A stretch of 56,837 bases of DNA, the filler included, from Bipalium vagum (lineage: Eukaryota), in the NCBI GenBank assembly GCA_037834085.1. It is 3 parts of 3 records of this genome, joined end to end, with 100 filler letters (N's around TTAATTAATTAA, not from the genome) between each part and the next. Parts side by side here need not be neighbours in the genome. Positions count along the whole stretch, not along the records: positions 18,241 to 40,121 come from JBBMKC010230190.1; positions 40,222 to 56,837 come from JBBMKC010102738.1; 1 more part is not named here. One strand, 5' to 3'. The notes beneath the pieces are model-generated. The model saw only the letters and a list, made by a program, of their open reading frames with translations. It searched no databases and was not told the DNA's origin. Positions 38,755 to 56,837 of the stretch are shown here, piece by piece. Position 1 is the stretch's first letter. The number at the start of each line of letters is the position of its first letter. The position numbers and the translations under genes are program-made.

Positions 38755-38920
38755 ATTTTAGTATAGGTATACTAAGAAATATTTTTTAAATTGTGGAGTT
38801 GTTAGGTAGGGACATTTTATGTCACTACCTCTCATATTTTTAAATCAAATATTTTTTTAGTATAGGTATACTAATAATTATTTTTTAATTTTTCAAGTTG
38901 TTAGGTGGGCTACATTTTTA
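38755..38920. repeat. Two direct repeats (99-bp period), each with the near-palindrome TAGTATA-GG-TATACTA
   Basis: Palindromes at 38759-38774 and 38858-38873, each followed by AGTTGTTAGGT.GG. Confidence 0.75.
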
Positions 38921-38936
38921 ATTTTCTTATTAGAAA

Positions 38937-39675
38937 ATGGTAGATAATTATTTTTATAAATTTTGTAATAAATATATTTCAAAAAATAATAAATTGAATC
39001 ATGTAAAAACTAAAATACATATTGAAAATATAAGTCTAAGTAAAGTAATCTAAGTAAGGAAGTAAATCAGGAATTAAGTAATGTAAGTAAGTAAGGAAGT
39101 AAGTAATCTAAGTGATGTGAAAATAGCAGATGATAAAATAAGTATTGCAATAAATGATTCTTTAATAAATGAATTAAAGAATGAAATAAAAGAAAAAACT
39201 AATGAAAAAAATCATTATAAAAATCTTAATAAGGATAAAGATGAAAAAATTATTCAATTAAATAATATAATTAAAAATTTAGAAGAAACGAAAATTAATA
39301 TTCATGAAGAAAATTATGAAAAAATAAAACTATATAAATTAGAAATACAAAATTTAAAAAATATTATAAAAGAAAATGAAGAAAAACTTTTTTTGGTGGT
39401 AAAATTTCATAATTCCAAGTTAATAATATACGAAATAATTTAGAAATTAATTTAAACAAAAAAGATAATATAATAGATAAATTAAAAAATTATTTAAATA
39501 ATTTTTAAAGAGAATATAATGATTTACAAAAAAATATGAAATTGAAAGATTGCAATTTTTAGAATCTAATAAATCTATTAAAACAAAAATTAAAAATTAT
39601 AAAAAAGAAATTTATTATCTTAAAGGAGAATTAGATAAGACTGAAGAACTTCTGAAAGTAATGAATTATGGGTAG
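38937..39675 (+). pseudogene. Zinc-finger, low-complexity and coiled-coil ORF of the Polinton-like block
   Basis: MVDNYFYKFCNKYISKNNKLNHVKTKIH (degenerate C2H2), AAGT-rich repeats at 39030-39112, then K/E/N-rich coiled coil (ORF 39117-39443). Confidence 0.5.
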
Positions 39676-40244
39676 CTTTGTCATTAGAAATGACACCATT
39701 TTTAAAATATTCTTCTGGAATAATATTAAATATTTTTATACTCTTGGTTTTAATTAACTCTATTTAATTCTGACATTTTTCACAATGCTTCGTTCTATGC
39801 AATATACCTTTGCTTCTTAAAAATTTTACTAATTCATGCGTCATTTCTGTACTTATGTTAAGATCCTAAGTGGGTGGTTAAAATGATGTTAAAGGTTGGA
39901 GCTTGGGCTTAACTTAGATCTCAACGGTTGAAGGTTGCAAAAGATTGTGTTCGTAAAAATTATTTAAATGAACTAAATTAACGAATAGGTTTAATACTTT
40001 TATTGAAATCGAATTAAAACTTTATTTTACAAATGAGTGATAAAAATTTATTAATTAAAGTTATTATTTATAAAAATCCTCTCGCTCTTAGGCTCAGAGG
40101 TCCTCAGTGAAGAAAAACAAANNNNNNNNNNNNNNNNNNNNNNNNNNNNNNNNNNNNNNNNNNNNTTAATTAATTAANNNNNNNNNNNNNNNNNNNNNNN
40201 NNNNNNNNNNNNNNNNNNNNNTTACGTAATAGGAAAAGAACCAG

Positions 40245-40323
40245 TAAATCGGTTAATCCGAAAAATCGGATATTACGAATTTTTTTGTGGCAATAGGCAA
40301 TTCGTAATATCCGGACTAAACTG
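40245..40323. mobile_element. Terminus of a pogo/Tigger-like element or MITE next to a gap
   Basis: Inverted repeat GGATATTACGAATT / AATTCGTAATATCC ending in ACTG followed by a (TA)n run. Confidence 0.55.
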
Positions 40324-40354
<31 letters not shown>

Positions 40355-41609
40355 AGGAGCAACTAGTGATTTTTATTCAGTAGCATGTCATCTTAAAATA
40401 TTTTTTAGATATGTTTAGAATTTAATTTTATTTTTAGTAATATTTAATAATAGAAGATTCGTCATGATTGACAACTGACCAATCAGAGACGCTAAAATGA
40501 ACTGCAAAATACTAAGTGTAAGCCAGCGACAATTCATTATTTTTTGCCCAGAAAATTATCCGAAAAACTGTATTTTTTATTGATAATTTTATTTTGCTGT
40601 CTGTGGTATCCCCTGACACAGCTTTTAATTAAAGAGTGTGGTTATTGAGACTGCCTGGTAAGTTTGTCGTTTCTGTGTACTGCCGAGCGTTGCAGTTTAT
40701 TTGATAGTGACTGCCTATTGCAGTTTCATTATTGTAAATAAAAATGGTCATTTTATGTAATAAAAATTTAGTGTTAGCTTTAGTGTTTTTGTTAGGTAGT
40801 GAGATAACGAACTCTTTAGGTAAGCCCACCTCAATCTCAGTGTAGGTAAGGTGAGCTGAGCAAGAGTGTTGCCAATATATATATTTATTAAAGATTTTTA
40901 TAGCATTGTAGATCTATTTGTGTTATTATAATTACTACTACTGTATGATATACTAATAAAAATTTTTCATATTTTTCATATACTTAAGTGAACAATTAAA
41001 AGCAGAAAACCGTAAAATAATTATATACAAAAATTGCATAAAATCAACTAAAAAGTTACAAAACTATTTAGTTCAACTAAAAATAAACGAAAGAAGTTTT
41101 CATGTATTATATATAATATATTTATTACATCGTTTTTAATACCAGAAGATTAAATAGTTCAAATCACAATTATACATACTGCTATAATGTATAAAAATTA
41201 ATTCAATATGTAAGATTGATTTTATTATTTAATCATTTATTATAATTAATATTGATTAATAACATTAGTATTGATAACTTTCTCTTGAATTCTCGATTAT
41301 ATATAAAATGACCTATTGATTGTATCTAAACTTAAAAATAATTTAAGTTTAGACACAGAATATCTGTTAATATTGATTTAACATGGATAAAAAACATAAA
41401 AATTATTTGACTTTTATTATTTTCTGTAATTAGAATAGGATTTTCTTAAAATGAAACCAATCCTAAGTTAAAATATCTTCTAAGATTTAATTATTTTAAT
41501 TCAGTAATTTTATTTAGCATATTATTTTGTTAAAATTAACTATTGTTTTGTAAATTTTTCAACTACCCTTATATGTAATATTGATTAAATTATATTTTTA
41601 ACTTTAATA

Positions 41610-49920
<8,311 letters not shown>

Positions 49921-51146
49921 GTATACATGTAAATTGTATTAACAAGGAATTCTATTAATTTTCTTTTTTATTTATGTCATTAATTTCATTTGATAAAAGT
50001 TAATGTAGGAAAAAGAATTTTAAAAATTATTTTTATTTCAAATTTTTTGTGAATTCGATTTTTTTAATATTTTATGAAAGTCAATATTAGTCAATATTGA
50101 CATTATTGAATATTCTATCTTTTGTAGTGAAGTAGCACTTGTGAAAAAAATCCTAATTTTTTATTTTATTATTATTATTATTATTATTATTGATTTGTTC
50201 AGTAATGAATTTTACTTTTCTAATCAGTAAACATTTTTACTCTTGATAATGTAAAATATATTTTAACAGTCCATTGTATATTTTAATCGAGCAGAAAGCA
50301 AGGCTGTGATTTCTTATTCAAAGAGCTTCGTTCACACAAATAATCTCAATATTACGTAAAAAAGATTGTGGAAAAGAAATTAATCTGATTCTTAATGGGA
50401 CGTTTTGTCATGTCAAACTTGCCATATTCCATTTAAGAAACAGTTTTATGAATTTTGAAAAGGTTTTTAAAATATTAATAGACATTGTAAAAGTTCATAA
50501 TCTGCTTCTAATTCTTTTTCAGTTTCTGTGCATTAAATCAATTTAATCTAATCCTGTTATTAAATACTCTTTATCTCAATCAATCATTAATTATTATAAG
50601 TTTTTATCGCGGTTCGAAAAATATGAGTTTTGAGAATGAATAAAAAGTTTTCCCATGATTAACTATTCACAATTTTAAGTTTGTTTTGAATTAATAAAAC
50701 GTTTTAATATAATTATAATAATAATAATTATTATTATTATTACTTTCAAAAGCCAATCAAAGCTATTAACAAGCCGATTTATTTATTTCACACAATATTT
50801 TCAATTATGGCACTAAGACATTTTCAAGGTTTCATCCATAAATAATCATTAAAGAAATCTGACGCAAATTCCGTTGCAAAACGATGAAATAAGATTGACA
50901 TAGCAAAGACTTCATTCGTCGAGAGGAAACTTATTTTCATTCATGACAATTATTTATTCAAATGAGTTGCAAATCATTTTTCATAGACGTTGATAAGTTC
51001 AAAAATATTTTCCATTGTCTAAGTATAATTTTCAATTTTAATTATTATCTCTTATATATTTCGTAATAATGATGTATTTTCCTGTTTGTAAACTCTTTCT
51101 ATTTCATTCCATGTCACACAAGTTCAATTCTATGTTTTTTGGTATA

Positions 51147-52862
51147 CATTCAAACATGGTCAATATGAATCTTGTTAAATGTGAGCATGTCTCAATATGA
51201 TCTTATAAGTTTAAAATTAAGGGAAAATGTGATCTTTTTGAACAATGGACATTAATTAGTTTAAAAGAAGTAGTTTCTGTATTTTATTTTAAAACCTGGT
51301 CAATATGAACAATATTTCTTTTGTTTAAATAATAAATATTATCTGCCTATTATGAATATCCAAAAGATGAGTCAACAATGAAAAAGAAGAGATCTATCCA
51401 TTGAAGAGAAACGTAAACTATTAGAAATATTTGATAATTGTAAAGGTTATTCTCAACGCTTTCTTGCATAAAAATACAATCTTTCATTGGGGCTTTTAAA
51501 CAATATTCTAAAATTTCGAAATTAACTTTTGTATCAGACTTAAATAGCTGACAAAAAAGAAAATCACATTTGCGAAGGGGACATGAAATCGATTTTATGC
51601 TGTATGAGTGGTTTCATATCAAGAGATATATTAGCATCACTGGCGATATATTTCAATAAAAGGCATTAAAATTTGCAGAGTACTTAAGAAATCAAGATTT
51701 TAATGTTTCAAAAAGAATTATCCGTGAATCTATGATCGTAGCCTAACTTTATATATTCTCAATTTTAAAGATTTGTACAGGTCTAAGTAACACGAATATA
51801 AAGTTAGGTGTTTTTAATTGTGGTGAAACTAAACTTTTTAAAAATGTTCATTAAACAGAACATGCAGAATTTCTAAAGAAGATAAGGCAAGCGGTAAGTT
51901 TTTCAAAAATCGAATCACTGTCTTTTGGAATTAACATACTAGGTTAAAAATTAAAGCCATTAGTAATAAGTGAATCAAAGAGACTTCATTTCTTTAAAGA
52001 TTGTGAGACAACAAAGATAACTGTTATTTTTGGAATACAAGAGCTTGAATGACGCTATAATTTTCTCAAGATTGGCTAAATAATTTAAGCAGGGAAATGA
52101 AAACATCGGGATATAGAATACTATTATTGTTCATAACGCACCTGTTCAACCTAAAGATATTGAAATAAGTAACATTGGATTTCTTTCCACCAAAGACGAT
52201 ATCATGTATTCCACCTCTTGACCAAGGTATTATATAGGCTTGCAAAGATAATTATAAGAAGTACTTAAGTACGTCAATGAATTTTGACTTAAGTAATCAT
52301 TTTGAGCTTGAAGAGTGGATAAAAAAGTGATTTGTATCAAATGCGAAAGCATTTGTCAGTATAAGACCTACAACTATCTCTAATGATTTTAAAAAGTTAC
52401 TTACAAATGAACAGGTTGATGGATCTTCATTTTTTGATATTAATGCCGATATTGATAAACAACTTTTATTGGATTTTGTTGAGAAATAAAAGAAGAACGA
52501 TTTCGAAGAATTGGAAAGAGTTGAAGATGCATGTGTTTCAAAGTTAGAAAACACATTTGTGACTTGATAGGAAACCTTTAAAGATATTTGCAAATTGTAA
52601 TCTTCCAGAATAGACAAAAATAGATGAGTTAATTGATTTTATTCAAGGAGAAAAAGAATCTTGACAAGTGAAAATTATGTACTAATGAAAGGAAAGAATA
52701 AATTTTATAAAAGAATATTATTTATTATTTTAATATTTTTATTATTTCAATATTTTAGTATGAATTTTAGTATGTAATATCAGTTATGTAACGTTTGTTC
52801 ATATTATTTTTCACGGGAGGAAAAATCCGAACGTTAGTGCTCATATTGACTAGGTTTGGCTG
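51147..52862 (+). mobile_element. pogo/Tigger transposon pseudogene with TIRs and subterminal repeats
   Basis: Ends CATTCAAACATGGTCAATATGA / TCATATTGACTAGGTTTGGCTG, motif repeated at about 51292; LYEWF, KALKFA, VFNCGET, KLKPLVI, PPKT...PLDQGII fragments. Confidence 0.8.
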
Positions 52863-54259
52863 TCATCTATATTGTGTAGAAATTTCGTTATACTCTTGCT
52901 AATGATTTAAAAGTTCTATGACAGAGAGAAATTTCAAACTTAATTTCTATCAGTGGTAACTACTACACTGGGTTTTATGCTTTAAATTACTGTCTAAATT
53001 AACTTAATATCATAAAAGGTGATCTTTTAATTCGGAGTCAAAGTTGACATTGATAATATTTTCTTATTAGTTAAAATTGATTTAATGTGTAAAGGTTTAC
53101 TTTAATTACTTTTTTATTCCTTTCTATTTCACAAAATCTTCTTGATTGTTCGATCACCATGTTGGTACCATGTTATTTCTTTTTTATAATGTTTTTCTCC
53201 TATACATCTTTTCCTAGTCTCTTTACTAATATCTTGTTTGAGGATTCTTGTTTCATATTTATTGTACTCTGCTGCTTTCTCTTTCGTTTATCAATTATTT
53301 TAATTTTCTTTGCTTTTTATGTTCCGCTTATTTAATTCAAATTGCTGAAAAAAATTTTATTTATTAGCTTTTACACCAAGTTCTTCATATTTTTGATTTC
53401 CTGTCAGATCTCAATAAAATTTCAAAGACAGATTTTCAATTAGTCTTTGAAGAAATTAAAAATTATTATGTCGATATGGATTTACGTAGATATTTTGATA
53501 ACGTTTTTTCTTAAATTCCACTTATGTAAGTGTTTCATTCATGCTTGGTTAGCGATATATTAAAACTCTTTTATTTATTACTTCTTTTTTTAATTTTTTT
53601 AAATCTCATATTTTTTTATTTAATCTCTTGATAAAAATCAAATGTATTTGTGATGCTTGGACCGAAAAATTGAAATCAATTTTTATGCTTCTGAGGAAAA
53701 TTTGGTAGTTCAATCATAAATTTTATTTTTCCATTTGTATCTACCGAAATTCTGTACGTATTTTATGGCTGTGTTGCAGATAGATTCTGTTGTTATTTTC
53801 TTCTTTCTCTTTACGATTTAAAAACTCTGAGCTTTTATTATCATGTGATTTATAGCCATAAATATTAATATGTACCATAAATGAAATTTTAGGTTCATTG
53901 TCAGTTTTAATTCTAGTCTGTTTTCATTGGTAAAAAAGTATTATTTCTTGAAAATATGAAAATTTATTATATAGGTTACACCTTAGATACCATACATTTC
54001 CAATTGTTTAATATAAGACCTAATACTAATATAGTACAATAATGATACAATAATCTATTATGTGTATAATTATTAATTATAATAATTATTTCAAAAAAAT
54101 GAAGGAAAATTGAATATCAGATGAACAGTTTAATATTTAAGTAAAAATGTTGTTTGAAAATTTTTCTTACTAAATGTGTAAACAATTTTTTTGGGTTGTA
54201 CGGATCCATAAAATTATACAATACCTTCAATATATCTTTGTCACCTTTTTATCAATACT

Positions 54260-55400
54260 AGGCTAATTGTAAAGTTCGTGGAAAATTAAAGACAAGTTTT
54301 AAGTTAAGAAAAATTTATTTATCAAAGTATTCTCCCAAAAATTCAATGAATTTATTCAATTGGCTCTCTAATCTATTTATCCCGTTCCTAAAATAATTTT
54401 ATGGAAGCCCTTCAAAATACTCATTTACATCTACTGTAGCTTCAATGTTTGGTAGAGAACTGTTTGCTACGTAAAAACTTTTTTGGATTTGGTAATAGAT
54501 TAAAATCAGTGCTATTTTTGGAGAATATGGTGGATATTCCAATAATTAATAATGTAAACCATTCAATTTGGTCATTGAAAGGATACATTTGTGAGCTGGC
54601 CCATTGTCTTGAAAATTTTCTAGGTCTTTTCTCTGGAATGTTGGCATCTAATTGATTCAAAAGGCATATGTAATATATTAACCTGTTATTTTTTTACCGA
54701 TTTGAAGGTAATTAATTAACAAAATATCTTTAGAATCCAAAAAAACAAATGCCATAACTTTTTTTTGATGATTTCGACCATTTTTGGTGTTCCGTAGCTG
54801 AACAATGGGACTAAGTGCACTCTATATTTTTGCTATCTTAAAAGAGCATCATAATAGTAAATCCAGGTTTCATCATTTGTTACAAAACGATGTTTAAAAT
54901 CAGTTTTATTCTTTTAAAAAGAGACCCAAATGTTGGATAGATGGTTTTACTCGACGTGCTTTTTGATCAAAATTTAACAAATGTGGCAACTATCTTTTTA
55001 AAACCTTAAATGTTGCTTCAAAATGTAGAAAACGTGTTCAGTTGAAATGTCCATGGCTCCAAAGATTTGAATCAAAGTCAATTTATGGTCATTCATCACC
55101 ATATCACTTATGCTATTAAAAAATTGTTGTAATATTGGACTTGTGGGTCGTCTAGGACGATAATCATATTCAATGCTTTCTCGTTCACTTTGAAACATCA
55201 GAGCTCACTTCTAAACTATGCATTTTGATGGTAGCATCACCTAATACTTTTACCATTTAATTATCAATTTTTATAGGGTTTAAACCTTTTTTCAAAAACA
55301 TTGATTACAGTGCGATTTTTGATTTTTACCATTTGAATAGTTCGACAACTTTAAACTGTATTAAATAAAAATGAATTTGTCAAATGACCTTGGCATCTTA
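54260..55400 (-). mobile_element. mariner (irritans/Himar-like) transposase pseudogene
   Basis: RESIEYDYRPRRP, RFVTNDETWIYYY, KKVMAFVFLDSKDILLI, EKRP, TDFNLLPNPKKFL, GEYFDK*. Confidence 0.8.
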
Positions 55401-56089
55401 TATGAGTTAAATGAATAATGAATTTTAAAAACTTCAAATAATTTATAATAGTTATAAAACTGAATCAACGGTGAAGCTCCATGACCTTTTTCCATTCAAT
55501 CGTAAAACAAATTTGATTTCATTTTCATGGCAACATCAAATTAAATTTCTGACTATAATGAAGTTTTTTAGATGGAAAAATAAATATAATCAGAGGATAC
55601 CATATCTTAACTTTAAAATGGATCAAAGTAAACAAGAAATTTTGTGTTATTATTAAGAAAGATATTGAGTAAATTTTAATGTTTTCTTTTATCTTTAAGT
55701 TCCAAATTACATTTGATTAATGTATCACAATATCTTTATTCTTTCTCTTTTATTCTTCTTGATTTGTGTTGTCAAAAACCCTTTTTTCAGTTTTTTCATT
55801 TTATCCTTCCAAAGCTGATTTTTTATTTATTGATTCATTTAATATCTTTTTGTGAGATTATTCACCTAATACAATGTTTCTCTATTAAATCAGTATTGTT
55901 TTTAATTAAGTCGCTTCTCATTTGATAAAGACCATGTTGCAATCAATTAAGTCACTACTTCATTTGATAAACTCAGTGTTGCTTTTGTAAAGGTTAAAAT
56001 TAATTTGTTTGAAAATCTTATCAGGAAATTTAAATGTATCAGCTGAAAGGATTTTTATATAACAATAATATTACATTGCAATAGGGGCA

Positions 56090-56460
56090 TGCAGGTCTTT
56101 CTACAAAAAAATCAAAAGAAAATCTGTAAGTCTTGAAATTAGAAGACGTGTGATTAGTCTAAAAATGGATGATATTAGAAGTAGTGTAATCGCTAGAATT
56201 CTTGGTATTGCGTGAACTATAGTGTCAAGCTTCTTATCTAATGACTAAGAACAAGCAAATATGAGAGTCAAAGAAAATATCATGGCAAATTATTCATTCA
56301 GCAAAAGAAGACATAAGCTAGTGAGTAGATGAAAATAGTCTACTCACCACATGGTTTTAGATTTTTTTAAACTTGAGTTACATCAATCAATTTAAAGCAT
56401 GTACATGACAAAAAAGGATAAGATCAACTACATCAGTTCAAAATCAAGATACCGTGAAGT
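56090..56460 (+). mobile_element. IS630/Tc1-like N-terminal HTH fragment
   Basis: SLEIRRRVISLK...SSVIARILGIA*TIVSS paired-like HTH pattern; heavily decayed. Confidence 0.35.
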
Positions 56461-56837
56461 AAATGGAGAAAATTTCCGAGATTTGTATTGAATTCCCTTT
56501 ATTGATTATAGTTATGCAACATTGAATTAATAGACCGAAAAACACTAAATCATATTTCATTTGATTAATAAAGATAATAAAAATTACTTAATAAGCAATT
56601 CGAAATTAAACATGTTAAGCAATCACTATATTAAGATTGATAATTGATCATGCTTATTACAAATGCATAAAGGGTTACTAAATTACTAATGTACAGGGTG
56701 CGTGCGATATTTTCGGAAATAAAATGAAAAAAGAAAAACAAATATAGCTTTTTTATTTTGTATTATATAAATGTAAATCTTTCATTGATTAGATAGTTCA
56801 AAGCATATTTAAAGGTTCATTCAATAAAACTTCCTTC

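Overview
This is AT-rich genomic DNA from an invertebrate animal (GT-AG spliceosomal introns; scaffold gaps at 18141-18240, 19975-20116 and 40122-40221, two containing a TTAATTAATTAA assembly linker). Four host genes can be spliced together by hand: flotillin-1 (minus, 7 exons, complete); an ankyrin-repeat plus death-domain-like protein resembling the C-terminal IkB half of NF-kB p105/p100 (plus, 5' end missing); the ZIP7/Catsup zinc transporter (plus, 4 exons, complete); and calcineurin A (plus, 8 exons seen, 3' end not in window). Introns and intergenic DNA are packed with decayed DNA transposons (mariner, Tc1, DD37D/maT, DD41D/rosa, pogo/Tigger, Merlin, hAT-like, MITEs). The most unusual part is 23.9-39.7 kb. 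It holds a pol-less Ty3/gypsy-like LTR element with a four-knuckle Gag and an envelope gene resembling chuvirus/gB-type (class III) glycoproteins, plus two blocks of a decayed Polinton/adintovirus-like endogenous DNA virus (pPolB on one side of ZIP7; membrane protein, penton, hexon and zinc-finger genes on the other). Each viral block directly abuts sequence of the same LTR family. A 230-bp GC-rich island that folds on one strand, next to a tRNA-like sequence (18.07-18.49 kb), is unexplained. All family assignments come from motif recognition by eye, not database searches.
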